A DNA stretch of 64,000 nucleotides from a virus (lineage: Duplodnaviria; Caudoviricetes): IMG/VR virus record IMGVR_UViG_3300045596_000094, positions 32,001 through 96,000 of that record; one strand, given 5' to 3'. The notes under the pieces are model-generated. The model did no database searches. It saw only the letters and a program-made list of their open reading frames with translations, and had not been told where the DNA came from. Within the stretch, counting starts at the first letter, position 1. Each line of letters opens with the position of its first letter. Position numbers and translations under genes: made by a program. Of the stretch, positions 1-10,834 are shown in pieces.

Positions 1-469
1 GCATTCCAGTGAAAGGGTTCTCAATTACAATCCCTTGATCTACTAACTGGAACATATCCTTATCGCCCGTAGAGACAATAACAAAATATCCTTCTGATGC
101 TGCCTGTAAAGCAATTGTGCCAATCAGATCATCTCCCTCATAGCCATCACGAACAACCACCTGCATGCCGAGTGCTGAGAAAGCTGCTAGCATGTAAGGT
201 ATTTGTGCGGTGAGTTCTTCTGGCGGAGGGCTTCGATGTGCTTTATAGCGGCTAGATAATTGATGTCGGAACGTAGGTGTACCTGAGTCAAATACGATAG
301 CTACTCGGGTTGGTTCGATCTGTTCTAGGACTCTACGAAATGTCGCCATACTGGTTTTTACAGCATTAACAGGAATACCACCAAAGGAGTATTCCAGATC
401 GCTTCCTCGAAACGTACGATGGAGATAATAAGAACCATCGACTACAAGAAATGGTTGTTTCAAAGACAT
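1..469 (-). CDS. 5'-3' exonuclease / flap endonuclease (DNA Pol I N-terminal domain-like), runs off the window edge; not in ORF track
   Basis: Manual translation from ATG 469 (AGGA RBS): MSLKQPFLVVDGSYYLHRTF...AIVFDSGTPTFRHQLSSRYKAHRSPPPEEL...GYEGDDLIGT...VSTGDKDMFQLV, carrying the acidic motifs of the Pol I 5' nuclease family. Confidence 0.9.
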   Translation of the reverse strand, partial: MSLKQPFLVVDGSYYLHRTFRGSDLEYSFGGIPVNAVKTSMATFRRVLEQIEPTRVAIVFDSGTPTFRHQLSSRYKAHRSPPPEELTAQIPYMLAAFSALGMQVVVRDGYEGDDLIGTIALQAASEGYFVIVSTGDKDMFQLVDQGIVIENPFTGM

Positions 470-556
470 AATGAATCCTGTTAAAAATATTCTACTATAT
501 AAATAAAGAAACACTTTATTTAAAACTCAATGATATGAATTGAAATATAAAGAAGC

Positions 557-1783
557 GTGACTATTATGGCTGTTTTACTAAAAGAGATTTTTAATGAAGC
601 GTCCAAACACATTAAGTTCGATCAAAAGCTAGCAAAGAAAATCCACACTTATGTTGCTGGATTAATGAATCGTAATGAAGACCACGTCATGTTCTTCGGT
701 TCTAACTTAACTGGACTATACCCATTGCGTTTTAAGACTGGGGATCGTAATGAATGGTTTGTGGATATTAAAGACATTGATGGATTCGCAATCAAGAAAC
801 GAGTACGTGAGGAATCTATTATTGATGAATCTTGGGAACGCGCTACTGACGTCTTCAACTTAGATACCCTATATACGGTTCATCGTTTTTTAAACGCACC
901 TCTCTCTGAACGTGAGAAACAAAAAGCAATCCACGATACGTTAATGGCGTTGAACATTAAATTAATGGGTTCAATCATGGCGCGTTATTTCCCTTATCCA
1001 TGTGACGAAGCTGTAGCCTTAGAAGTCTATAGTCGTCTCTCTAAGAAATTCCATATCAAGAAATATGGTAATTGGAGAGGGGTGTTAGAGAACCGTGCTG
1101 ATGATATCGTTTCGGTGGGTTCTAAATGGTTACCTGTACTAAAAGACTTCAATGATGATGCTGAACTTGCCCAATGTATTTCAGACATCCAAGGTCGTTT
1201 AAGATCGATGATCAAATATATCTGGGATGTGTTGGAAAAAGTGAAGCTGGATCAAGCTAAATTCAATAGAACCTCTATGTCTATCGATGCTGGCGGAGAG
1301 AAGGTACTCCAAGAACTGAAACGTGATTCAGATAGTTATAAAGACTATGCCCATAAAGTGGTGTTAGATGAACATACCTTTATTAAGCCCGAGTTAGTGA
1401 CGATTATTGATGCTGAAATGAAGACCATGCCAGTTAAACTCATGGTAGATTGTTTAAAGCATATGTGTTTACTGGCAAATAATGATGATAAACTTCTGGA
1501 TCAGTTGTTGGACGATATCATCGAGCATGCAATCAACACTATTCGAGATGATCGCTCTGCAGGGCGTAACATGCATGACTTGTCTTGGATTCTCCGTAAA
1601 GAGAAGCTGTTAATCACAGCACCAAAAACCACATCCGAGTTGGTTTTCTCTATGCGAGACAAGACGGAAGTCATTGTTCGCAAAGCAGCTAAGACTAAAA
1701 ACGCTACAATCATCGCAGCAATTAAAACTGGGATCTGTTTGTACGTGATTGGTCGTACGTTTGCAATGAAACATTACGATTAG
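557..1783 (+). CDS. Conserved phiKZ-like phage protein near the terminase locus (function unknown; start may be ATG 566)
   Basis: 408-aa ORF with HVMFFGSNLTG motif recalled from phiKZ-like core proteins; TATGA upstream and hairpin downstream. Confidence 0.6.
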   Translation: MTIMAVLLKEIFNEASKHIKFDQKLAKKIHTYVAGLMNRNEDHVMFFGSNLTGLYPLRFKTGDRNEWFVDIKDIDGFAIKKRVREESIIDESWERATDVFNLDTLYTVHRFLNAPLSEREKQKAIHDTLMALNIKLMGSIMARYFPYPCDEAVALEVYSRLSKKFHIKKYGNWRGVLENRADDIVSVGSKWLPVLKDFNDDAELAQCISDIQGRLRSMIKYIWDVLEKVKLDQAKFNRTSMSIDAGGEKVLQELKRDSDSYKDYAHKVVLDEHTFIKPELVTIIDAEMKTMPVKLMVDCLKHMCLLANNDDKLLDQLLDDIIEHAINTIRDDRSAGRNMHDLSWILRKEKLLITAPKTTSELVFSMRDKTEVIVRKAAKTKNATIIAAIKTGICLYVIGRTFAMKHYD

Positions 1784-1787
1784 ACGG

Positions 1788-1831
1788 CATAAATCCTTTA
1801 CTCCCCGTAAAGGGAGTAAAGGGGGTTTATG
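1788..1831. terminator. Bidirectional intrinsic terminator
   Basis: Stem CCTTTACTCCC/GGGAGTAAAGG (1795-1822) between convergent genes, flanked by CATAAA...TTTATG. Confidence 0.85.
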
Positions 1832-2272
1832 TTATCGTACGTGTTCCGATAAATCTAGAACAACTTTATCCCCATTTAGAGGATCATGGACTTTATTGGT
1901 TTTTGCATCAAAGCGTAAACCAATTTTTTCCAGTGTGTCTGGTGTCGCATCCATGAATAAGACAATGTTGTCTTTATCAGCAACCATATACATTCGATAA
2001 AACTCAAATAAGTTTCGATAACTAATACCAACCAACCCTACACCCATACCTGTAGTCGGGGTGGTTAGGATTTGTAAGTCAGCTGGAAGCTGCTCACGAT
2101 ATTCATCGAAATCGTAACTAGGGAAGCTACCAGAAATGGTATTTTCTACTTCTTTAAGTTTAAGGTCCTTTGTCTTTTCGACGTGGCGTCCAAACTCGTC
2201 ACACGTCATGTCAAGTTTGAAATGTCCATAGATGAAATTCATCTGCATACTCCCAGAGATCGGCGTTTTCAC
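1832..2272 (-). CDS. Hypothetical protein
   Basis: 146-aa ORF, last gene of a minus-strand run ending at the terminator. Confidence 0.7.
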   Translation of the reverse strand: MKTPISGSMQMNFIYGHFKLDMTCDEFGRHVEKTKDLKLKEVENTISGSFPSYDFDEYREQLPADLQILTTPTTGMGVGLVGISYRNLFEFYRMYMVADKDNIVLFMDATPDTLEKIGLRFDAKTNKVHDPLNGDKVVLDLSEHVR

Positions 2273-2660
2273 ATAGGATATCTTTCTCCTCTGTGATCCA
2301 TTCTAATATATTCGCCAGTTCTCTTCGAGTCCTGATCTGATCACTATAACCCTTACGGATACGTTTACCATTATGCAACCCAGTTACATGGTATTCAACC
2401 CATAAAGCCCCTTTACTGGTTCTAATGGAAACCACCCGGGTAGTTCTTTCGTAAAAGTATATCGCAATATTTGTAAACCCTGCTACGCGTTTTCCCATCA
2501 TAGTCCAATTGTCATCTAGAGAAAGTTTATAGTCTTTCCCTTTTGGTTTATGGGAACCATAATGTTCACGAAGTAAAAGATTAAGTTGCTTATACAGCTT
2601 CATCACAGCGTCTGTTTCTGTATGTAAAAGTGTTTCTGGAGATTTAGGTTTAGTAATCAT
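2211..2660 (-). CDS. Hypothetical protein (possible paralog of 2748..3125)
   Basis: 149-aa basic ORF. Confidence 0.7.
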   Translation of the reverse strand: MITKPKSPETLLHTETDAVMKLYKQLNLLLREHYGSHKPKGKDYKLSLDDNWTMMGKRVAGFTNIAIYFYERTTRVVSIRTSKGALWVEYHVTGLHNGKRIRKGYSDQIRTRRELANILEWITEEKDILCENADLWEYADEFHLWTFQT

Positions 2661-2747
2661 TCTTACATTACCAATAAGTGCTTTCTATATTAATTTAAGA
2701 CATATATTAAAAAGTATTGGGACGAGGCGAACCCCATCCCATACCTT

Positions 2748-3125
2748 TTACGCTTCTGGATCGAAATACCGTTCTAAATGAATACCTGCAATGAAATTCA
2801 AAACAAGTTGAGGATCGATAGACCGCCCTTCAATCAGTTCGGGGTAAGAATTTTCCCAAGTTTCAACTACCTGGTCATTCTTAAAGTGGGTTAACCTCAC
2901 CCTATACAGTAGCTTCACCTTATCTGGAATATAGAAACGTTTGAAACGGACACGATGTGCAATTTCATCTACATGTACTGTATATGTGGTGTCTGGATCA
3001 TTGGTTGCTAGTTTGAGATAAAGACGATTATCCGTTAAGGAAATGTCGACATCCGATCCACCGCGGATCAACCAGAAAAGGCTAGTTCTAAAATGTCTCA
3101 GCTGTTTGGCTAATAACTTATACAT
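2748..3125 (-). CDS. Hypothetical protein
   Basis: 125-aa ORF directly downstream of terminase. Confidence 0.7.
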   Translation of the reverse strand: MYKLLAKQLRHFRTSLFWLIRGGSDVDISLTDNRLYLKLATNDPDTTYTVHVDEIAHRVRFKRFYIPDKVKLLYRVRLTHFKNDQVVETWENSYPELIEGRSIDPQLVLNFIAGIHLERYFDPEA

Positions 3126-3166
3126 AGCGACTTCTCACGGTATCCGTTTGCTACCTACATATTATC

Positions 3167-5377
3167 TTAAATGAAGCTGTAGCGTGCACCTGATGCGGTT
3201 ATAGGTTTATTGTAAGGGGAATCATCACCACCATACTTACGTTCTTGTAATCTAGCATCACGAGCATCACGAGCATTATTAATTAGGCTAGCCACAGTAG
3301 AACTACCAAGCTGTTCAGAATCTAAACGTCTAGAAAGTTGCATGATTAAAACTTCTAATCGTTCGGCATTGATATAGTCGTTCTCTACTTCCAAACGAGA
3401 AAGGTTCTCTTGGATTCTGCGTTGTAGATCGTCTTGTTCGGCGTTCTTAGCAACATCCCACCCAGTAACAACCTTAGTTGCCTTCTCACGCTCAGCAATA
3501 GAGCGAGCTCTACCAGCTGGGTTCATGATACCATAGAAATCAAGATTTCTAGAGTGTAGTAACATCCACACACCCAGCAACCAAGCAATTACCATATCGT
3601 CATGACCTTTAGATGGGTGATCAATACGGTCATTTTTGATGACTAATTGTGAGATCTCAGTACACAGGGCATTATCTTTCAATATGTGCCCCGCCAACTC
3701 TGCTGCTCGGGTGAGGGTCTTATACAGCCCATCACGGGAATGTTTACCAGCACCGCTGGTGCCAAAACCAAAACGATTCTTATAACGATCCACGACGTTA
3801 GGTTGCCAAGTCTGTGGTTCTCGATGAACGAATCTAAAGTCTTCATCAGATAAATGTAAACCGTCGTCAACAATAGTGTTATAGATACGTTTGAACGGGT
3901 TGATATTTAAAGCAACCAGTTTCAACAATAGACCATCGATCAAGGTTACACCCACTGACTTACGTTCAGGAATAGTAATAATGTTTGGATACTGAACCAT
4001 TAGATCTGCAAACCAGTCAATGAAGCGATATACGTTTGTCTCACTAATAGCGACGGTGAAGATCACCTCTAGGGTTTCTGCATCTTGTAACACCATGGTG
4101 ATACTATCCTTACCAACCGCTTCAGACGTATCATTACCTAAGATAAATTTGCCATTAGATAGTCTTTCAGGAATATCTTGTTTATCAACGTACCATTGGA
4201 TGGTATAATAAGCGTCTGTAAGCTCCATGTAATTGGATGTATCCTGCACGCCTGCACGGATAATATCTAATACTTTCTGATCTAGTGGAGAACTTAAAGA
4301 ACCAGTAGTCCAACGATTCATATAGTCACGATCAGCCTCCGCCCCTTTGGAGTTAGAGTCAGCCATTTTCTTATATAACCATTCATCTGTATAGCCCAAT
4401 TGACGATGGGATAAACAGATATAAACCATTGGTTTATCGCCCTTAGAGTTCTTCTGAACAATAAGGTGAGCGTCTGATTCATCTTTAGCATCATAGAGTG
4501 CGCGTTCATCAAATATCATACCCCCAGTAAACATGTCATACATGTATTTACCTTCCAAGGTATCCAACTTACCTGCGGTAGTTGTGAAGATGTTCCCGTA
4601 GAAAGAGTTGTTCTTTCTCGCATTCTCACGAGCGGCATTGGCAGATGATAGGAAAGCTGGGATAGTAACGTGGATGAATTTACAGAATGGACCCTCATCT
4701 ACTTGGTTTGATTCAGATGTTGATCCACGACCTAAGTTAAGTGCTTGGGCTTCTGAGTTCTGAGCCACACCAGTGGCAAATTTATTACCATGGGCTGTAA
4801 TTGAAATACCGTATTGGTTATTCGTATCTATATTCTTCTGATACGGGTTCAGATATAGCGGTAACGCGTCCCTCATGTCTTTCAGACGTTGTACGTTCTT
4901 CGTTCGAAGATCATGGTCTTTTGTAATTAACGAGAAAGTCGCGTTCCTTCCTGCTACCTGAGACACATAGGTGTTGATTCCGTCGGCACCCACCGACTTA
5001 CCTGTTTGTCGTGGTTGAATCAGTGCAGAATCGATATGGTTAAAATAACACCAATAGATACCGATGTTACCTCGGTTTGCTCGTAGTGGGTCAGGGACAT
5101 CAGAACCTGATGAAGGTAGGCGAAATACTTCTCTGAAGAAATACCATGGATTGTATTTACATTCTACAATAATCTTCGCCATGATTTCAGGGCTGAGGTT
5201 TGGATCATAGGGATCTACCCCCTGCAATTCTGGTTGCATTAAAGCCAGATGGAAGAAGTAGTTCTTGATACCAAGTTGACGGAACTTATCAGCTAACGCA
5301 ACAAAAGAGCGGTTTTTCGTTTTTGTGTCTGGAATTGCCCGAGGGTATCGCTTCCAGTCATCGGCGAATAAAATCAT
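3167..5377 (-). CDS. terL: Terminase large subunit (phiKZ gp25-like)
   Basis: NPWYFFREV adenine-binding region, Walker A PRQTGKS, Walker B QVDE, coupling motif TTTAG, nuclease motifs GNDTSEAVGKD and HDDMVIAWLL. Confidence 0.95.
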   Translation of the reverse strand: MILFADDWKRYPRAIPDTKTKNRSFVALADKFRQLGIKNYFFHLALMQPELQGVDPYDPNLSPEIMAKIIVECKYNPWYFFREVFRLPSSGSDVPDPLRANRGNIGIYWCYFNHIDSALIQPRQTGKSVGADGINTYVSQVAGRNATFSLITKDHDLRTKNVQRLKDMRDALPLYLNPYQKNIDTNNQYGISITAHGNKFATGVAQNSEAQALNLGRGSTSESNQVDEGPFCKFIHVTIPAFLSSANAARENARKNNSFYGNIFTTTAGKLDTLEGKYMYDMFTGGMIFDERALYDAKDESDAHLIVQKNSKGDKPMVYICLSHRQLGYTDEWLYKKMADSNSKGAEADRDYMNRWTTGSLSSPLDQKVLDIIRAGVQDTSNYMELTDAYYTIQWYVDKQDIPERLSNGKFILGNDTSEAVGKDSITMVLQDAETLEVIFTVAISETNVYRFIDWFADLMVQYPNIITIPERKSVGVTLIDGLLLKLVALNINPFKRIYNTIVDDGLHLSDEDFRFVHREPQTWQPNVVDRYKNRFGFGTSGAGKHSRDGLYKTLTRAAELAGHILKDNALCTEISQLVIKNDRIDHPSKGHDDMVIAWLLGVWMLLHSRNLDFYGIMNPAGRARSIAEREKATKVVTGWDVAKNAEQDDLQRRIQENLSRLEVENDYINAERLEVLIMQLSRRLDSEQLGSSTVASLINNARDARDARLQERKYGGDDSPYNKPITASGARYSFI

Positions 5378-5441
5378 TTTAATTAATCCTTTTCCAGTGC
5401 AGGTAACCCCGCAAAGACTTCATATTAATTAAGGCGACATA

Positions 5442-5471
5442 AATAGAGAGTCCCCTAGGGGACTCTCTATT
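5442..5471 (-). terminator. Perfect 30-bp palindrome / terminator between gp26-like gene and terL
   Basis: AATAGAGAGTCCCCTAGGGGACTCTCTATT, followed on the minus strand by TATGTC. Confidence 0.75.
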
Positions 5472-5474
5472 GAG

Positions 5475-7148
5475 TTATGCCATTGCAGTGATAACCATCG
5501 GAGCCATTGCCAATTGACTATCATCAGAACCTGAACGATAGAACAGCTGAACACGAACTGTACCGCCCTGCGTAACACCCGTATTAACATTACGGATGTC
5601 TTGCAAGATGTTGTTGATTGGTACTTCACGTTGGAAGTTACCCGCAACGATTTTCGCATGAGTAGGTGCTGGTGCATACGGTTCGCTGAACTCGTAGAAT
5701 AACGGATCTAGTTTACGATAAACGTTTGTGATCCAAGATTCAACGTCGGTATAACCGCACGCTAAGTTCAGTTTCATGTTTCCTACGTTCTGCTCATCCG
5801 TAGTATAATACGCGCGAATATTATTACCGTAGATAGCATCGTCATGATACTTAATGGTGTAATACGTTTGCTCAGCAACAGCAGAACCTGGTTTAATCAG
5901 GGTGATGCTGATGTCCTGTACGTGTCGGAAGTAAGCGTAAGCTGCGCCGAGTTTCTGCATGTTGATTGCAACATTTAGATTCTGAGCAGTGCCATACAGA
6001 CTACCATTAAATACAGGTTTACCTGGGGCATATTCCACTAACGTTGTTACATCACGAATGTCTTTACGTTCTAGGTCATATAACCAGAATTTCAAGGTGT
6101 ATTTATTACCACTTGCCCATTCAGGAACAGCAAACAGTTTAACACTATAGAACGTATCCACAGGTGATGTTTTAATCGTGTATTGTTTGGTATAACGACG
6201 ATCTGGTAAATTCGGTGTACCACCAATAACAAGCTCGTTATCAGACAAATGATAGATGAGCGTCACTGGGAACATCTGCCCAATCTGGGAAGCTACGTAA
6301 CTTGACATACCTGCCAAAGTAAACTTTGTTTTGTCTACAGGGTATGTTGCAGTTTTACCATTACTGTACGTTACCTTAGCGGTAAACATTAATGATTGCG
6401 TAATCAAGTTAATTGGGCAATCTACAACGAGCTTATCTGTCTTGGACATGAAGGGTGATAACAATTCAATATCACGGACATATGTTGCCGATTGATCAAT
6501 AGACCGCATGAAGTCGGTGGTTTTAATCACGAACTTATCTACAGACGTTACAGTGCCAGCAGCCGTCTCGGTTACAATCGTACAGATCTCACCATCGGTA
6601 ACGGCTTCAGCGCACCACGCAACTGTAGCTGTCTTCTGAGCGACATTTGTGCCGTTCGGAATGACGATGGCTTCTAGTGGAATACTAGAAGAGATGATCT
6701 GATTCGATTGATTTAAAACCGCAGAGATCGGTGCGCTATTCTTGTAATCTGTTTCCGTACCACGGTAAATCTTGATGTGATGGTTCGCTGAACCATTCCA
6801 GATTACGCGTGAATCGACTGCTAGTTTGTGGGGAACCACAGACATGTCAACATATACACGGAAAGAGTTAGAGTTTGCGCCTGGCCCTGTAACTACCGCA
6901 GTATCGCTTTCATCAATACCGCCGCCAATGGTTGCAAGGTTTACTCGATTGAGCATAGACAACAACGTACCATTAATGTCAACAGACATCACACGATACG
7001 TACCGCTACTCCAATCCAGTACGAAGTCACCAACGTTAGGAACGATGCGACCACTCATTCCTGGACCCTGATAGATTTGCTCCATCAGCCAGAATCGATT
7101 TTGTCGTTCTAAGTTTACCTCAGGAACGACTCTGATACTATCAGCCAT
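5475..7148 (-). CDS. Virion structural (baseplate-region) protein, phiKZ gp26-like
   Basis: 557 aa, beta-rich, VPNVGDFVLD and YSVKLFAVPEW motifs; position next to terL matches phiKZ-like synteny. Confidence 0.75.
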   Translation of the reverse strand: MADSIRVVPEVNLERQNRFWLMEQIYQGPGMSGRIVPNVGDFVLDWSSGTYRVMSVDINGTLLSMLNRVNLATIGGGIDESDTAVVTGPGANSNSFRVYVDMSVVPHKLAVDSRVIWNGSANHHIKIYRGTETDYKNSAPISAVLNQSNQIISSSIPLEAIVIPNGTNVAQKTATVAWCAEAVTDGEICTIVTETAAGTVTSVDKFVIKTTDFMRSIDQSATYVRDIELLSPFMSKTDKLVVDCPINLITQSLMFTAKVTYSNGKTATYPVDKTKFTLAGMSSYVASQIGQMFPVTLIYHLSDNELVIGGTPNLPDRRYTKQYTIKTSPVDTFYSVKLFAVPEWASGNKYTLKFWLYDLERKDIRDVTTLVEYAPGKPVFNGSLYGTAQNLNVAINMQKLGAAYAYFRHVQDISITLIKPGSAVAEQTYYTIKYHDDAIYGNNIRAYYTTDEQNVGNMKLNLACGYTDVESWITNVYRKLDPLFYEFSEPYAPAPTHAKIVAGNFQREVPINNILQDIRNVNTGVTQGGTVRVQLFYRSGSDDSQLAMAPMVITAMA

Positions 7149-7163
7149 TTTATTACCTATTAA

Positions 7164-9890
7164 TTACGTCGGTTTAACTTCGATTGAATGGGTAAGATCC
7201 AACACTGAATATAGATGTAAGCGATTGATCTTTTCTAATGCCCAATACTGTTTCTGAGTGACCTGAACAACACGATCTTTAAATGCTAAAGGATAAACCC
7301 CGACATAATCCTGATTATAACCAGCAATACATGGGTCAAAGTCTTTAAACACATCAACCATTTGTTTGGTGAAACTAAAGAATGTTTCTTCAGTATCTAA
7401 TAGGTCAATCATCGCATCTGTAAAATACCCTTTCACCATCATCTCAACATACGCTGCCATAATCGGTGAATGAAGATGCCAGTGCTGACCTTCAATAAAC
7501 TCATTACTCGGTTTAGGTTCAGGGAGTCTGGCAGTTAAGTAATCGGATACATCCTGATCAATCACCATTGATTGTATCTGATAGTCAACTGTCTTCTGAG
7601 CAGTGAATGGTTCTACTAACGCCTGATATTCATCGATAGTGTAAGGCGCACCATCTAGATAATCACCTACCACGTACCCGTCCTCAGCGAACTTCACTTC
7701 ATCCGGTGAATATTTTCGTCCACCGATATTAACGCTAACGTCACGGTCATGAAAAACGTTGAAGACATTGTTCATTGAAACAACACCGTTCTTCACGAAA
7801 CCTGTATCGCGAGGACCGAAAGGTTTCTTCGTTTTCGGGTTAGAATAACCATAATAGCGAATAAGGATGTTTGCTTCTTTATTCTTAGGAATTTGACGGA
7901 GTATAATTACAGCCCCACCAGTAACGTAGCGATAATCTAGGTTTTCCATTAATGGTGAGCCATCGATCCAAACATCCACATGACCAGGAGCAACACCTAT
8001 GTTTCCAATAGACCCCCCATCAACTACCGATAACGGGATTGAAATATATCCTTGTTCATCTGTTGGTTTTACTACCCGTTTAACGATATTAACTTCAGAA
8101 GCAAATCGTGTTAGGGGTACTAATCCTGCCGCATTCAATAAGGTATAGTTCCATTTGATCTGCGGAGCTTTGGTCGCTGTGCCCGGAACATAGGTATAAT
8201 AAATCCCACCCGTTACATCTGCCCAATTATTGGTTGTAGTGGCACCCGCAACATCGGCAACGTAACACCGATGACCAAAGAACCCATAGTAAGGATCACT
8301 TACAGTTTCTTTATCTCGAAATGTTCCGGCATAGTCAGTACCTTCACGTAAAGTACCAAGCATAACCTCTAGATACGCAGCGTTCCCTTGAAGTGCCGTT
8401 GGCACAGAAATGCTGGTGTAAATAGAGTTTGATGTTTCGTAAGAAAGTAGTTGTCCTTTTTTATCGTACCAGAACAATACCCTTGAATTTCGGGTCATAT
8501 CCCCGTTAGGAACAAATTGCTGGTTTGACAAAGAAAATAAAGGATCAATTTTCACTTTCTTTTGATCTGTTACTTTGTAGAAATAACGACCTACCGCTTT
8601 GGTTGCAGCGTTATACCCATAAGCTTCTTCGACCATGGCTTGGGTGATCTTATTGCTGTTGGAAGACATTACCGAGATATATGCCGAATTCTCTAACTCA
8701 GCAGCACGCCATATATCTAATGTCGAATTGACATCAGCCATTGCTGAGATTACACCATCGTAGGGAAGGTGGTATAAATCTTCAATTCGGTTCTTTTGGA
8801 AACCTAAACCATGACGCATTCCGCCATTACGAACGACCACCATTATTTCCAAAGTAGCTACATTACGTAAGAAACCATGCTGTTTAGATAATGCTAGAAC
8901 AACATCTTCACGAACTGACCATGCATTATGAGTTACTTGTCGAACTGTGTTGTTTTTAAAGCGGTCTAACATCACCCCTTTATAACCAGTCGCTGTCTTA
9001 AAGACCAAATAAAAATCCAGATCATCACAGAAATCAATTCTTTCGTAATTACGTGGGGATACCAAAAGATATTTATTGGCTTTAGGATCTTTAATCGATC
9101 TAAATCCGGGTATAGTTGAGATAGGGAAGAACATTCTTTCTCGAAAGGTTTCATCAAATCTGAAAGATAATGTCTTACCTTTATATTCAGGAGAGAATGC
9201 TTTTGGTTCATCGGTATAGAACCCATCAACGTAATAATTACCGAAGCCCGCATCTTTGTATTGATCTGTAATTGCTTTCACAGACGCTTTAAAGGAAACT
9301 AGATCGTTTGCGTTGTTAATCAGTTTGTAAACAGAACGGACAACGTGTATCGGATCTTCTTTTTCACCGCGCCACGATTCAGAATCCTGGATTGCATTGG
9401 TATAGAAACGGATCATCAGCGGACGATGATCTAAACTATACGCAACATCCATGACATCACCGTACACGGATTCACGGGAATCACGACCATAGTCGGTACT
9501 TGTACGTTCAACCGCCAAAATAAAGTTCTGATCAATATTCTCATAAAGGTAACAGAGATTATTGGGAACAATTGCACCATTTTCTAAAACAACATCAATG
9601 GTTGAGTTAGTGAGTTCGGTTAGTTGATCGGCGCGATACCATTTCTTTTTATCCATTTTCAAACGGAAGAAATGTGGGGGGATCTGCCCTAAAGGATAAA
9701 CGTGGAATGTGCGTTTATCTAGAGGATCCTCGTAACCCGGTAAAGGGAAACCTTCCCACATTACGGTTGCTACACCCTTGAACCCCAATTGCGGTGAAAC
9801 TCGTGAAGGGATGATCCGATATTGGCGGTCTTGTAACGGCTCTGCCCAAACGTTGGTGAGGGCATGCTGTCTTAAAATGTTATTTTCCAT
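7164..9890 (-). CDS. Virion structural (baseplate-region) protein, phiKZ gp27-like
   Basis: 908 aa; N-terminal HALTNVWAEPLQDRQY, WRAAELENSAY and AYGYNA motifs; synteny. Confidence 0.78.
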   Translation of the reverse strand: MENNILRQHALTNVWAEPLQDRQYRIIPSRVSPQLGFKGVATVMWEGFPLPGYEDPLDKRTFHVYPLGQIPPHFFRLKMDKKKWYRADQLTELTNSTIDVVLENGAIVPNNLCYLYENIDQNFILAVERTSTDYGRDSRESVYGDVMDVAYSLDHRPLMIRFYTNAIQDSESWRGEKEDPIHVVRSVYKLINNANDLVSFKASVKAITDQYKDAGFGNYYVDGFYTDEPKAFSPEYKGKTLSFRFDETFRERMFFPISTIPGFRSIKDPKANKYLLVSPRNYERIDFCDDLDFYLVFKTATGYKGVMLDRFKNNTVRQVTHNAWSVREDVVLALSKQHGFLRNVATLEIMVVVRNGGMRHGLGFQKNRIEDLYHLPYDGVISAMADVNSTLDIWRAAELENSAYISVMSSNSNKITQAMVEEAYGYNAATKAVGRYFYKVTDQKKVKIDPLFSLSNQQFVPNGDMTRNSRVLFWYDKKGQLLSYETSNSIYTSISVPTALQGNAAYLEVMLGTLREGTDYAGTFRDKETVSDPYYGFFGHRCYVADVAGATTTNNWADVTGGIYYTYVPGTATKAPQIKWNYTLLNAAGLVPLTRFASEVNIVKRVVKPTDEQGYISIPLSVVDGGSIGNIGVAPGHVDVWIDGSPLMENLDYRYVTGGAVIILRQIPKNKEANILIRYYGYSNPKTKKPFGPRDTGFVKNGVVSMNNVFNVFHDRDVSVNIGGRKYSPDEVKFAEDGYVVGDYLDGAPYTIDEYQALVEPFTAQKTVDYQIQSMVIDQDVSDYLTARLPEPKPSNEFIEGQHWHLHSPIMAAYVEMMVKGYFTDAMIDLLDTEETFFSFTKQMVDVFKDFDPCIAGYNQDYVGVYPLAFKDRVVQVTQKQYWALEKINRLHLYSVLDLTHSIEVKPT

Positions 9891-9907
9891 TACTAAACCC
9901 TCAACAG

Positions 9908-10834
9908 TTATTCTGCTGCTTCGGTTTTCAGCAGATCCGAAGTAATACGAATGAATTCCCGAGCACCAGCGTCGCGTTCTTTCTTGTGTGCAATTTGCCC
10001 AATGCCTGAACGGGTTACCGAACGATCTGTAAGTGCAATATAAAGGAAAGAAACAAAGATCGGTGGATACTCAATTGCAACGGATACCAAGATTTGGTTA
10101 TTAGGACCAAACCATGACCCCGCTAAAGAAGCATAGAAGTACTCTAGGTTTAAACCTGATAAGCGTTCTGTAGCTAAGCTTTCATTAATAACCCGCATGA
10201 ACTCAACTGCATCTGGGATAAACGGTAACGTATCCACTACATCCATAACGTAGCCAGTGCTTGCATTAATAGAACGGGCAATTAATGGAGCTGCGCGTGA
10301 TGGGTCGAACTTTCGCTCTTCACTAAATAGGCAAAGATAGTAATATGCTGAAATCACCTGAAGTTTTAGCTGCTGGGCAGGATCTAACCCATAGCGTCGA
10401 ACAATTGACCCTGTAATCCATGTAGCAAAAATACTAATCTGAATATTTCCTAAACGCTGAATTGCGTTTGGACCTTCCCCTTCCCAAACCGATTGAAGAA
10501 CCGTGAGGATTACATCACGACGATAAAGCGGTGAGTTATTTATCACAGGGATTGCTTGAGCGCGATCCCAACGAGTGGAGGAACGTGCATCCACTACCAT
10601 GAAGGTGTCGTCACCTATGTTAAATTGGATCGGGTGTATAAAAGGCTTAGGGTCGATATACGGACCAGTACCGAGAGCATAAATAAAGAAGTCGTCATGA
10701 ACGTCTTCTTGAATTGCAATCAACTGACTTCCCCGACCTTCTCTTGTATCTTTAACGTGACGTTTAAGGAGTTCGGCTTGATCCCCTTTTACCATACCTG
10801 CATGTATTGTAGTGTCCATTGGATTGACGAACAT
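9908..10834 (-). CDS. Virion protein, phiKZ gp28-like
   Basis: 308 aa; FIHPI, VVDAR and SWFG..N..LVSVAIEYPP motifs; divergent from the tail sheath gene. Confidence 0.72.
   Translation of the reverse strand: MFVNPMDTTIHAGMVKGDQAELLKRHVKDTREGRGSQLIAIQEDVHDDFFIYALGTGPYIDPKPFIHPIQFNIGDDTFMVVDARSSTRWDRAQAIPVINNSPLYRRDVILTVLQSVWEGEGPNAIQRLGNIQISIFATWITGSIVRRYGLDPAQQLKLQVISAYYYLCLFSEERKFDPSRAAPLIARSINASTGYVMDVVDTLPFIPDAVEFMRVINESLATERLSGLNLEYFYASLAGSWFGPNNQILVSVAIEYPPIFVSFLYIALTDRSVTRSGIGQIAHKKERDAGAREFIRITSDLLKTEAAE

Noticed and set aside
3167-5377. Intein or intron in terminase
   Set aside because: Continuous ORF of normal phiKZ-like length with no splicing or homing-endonuclease motifs seen
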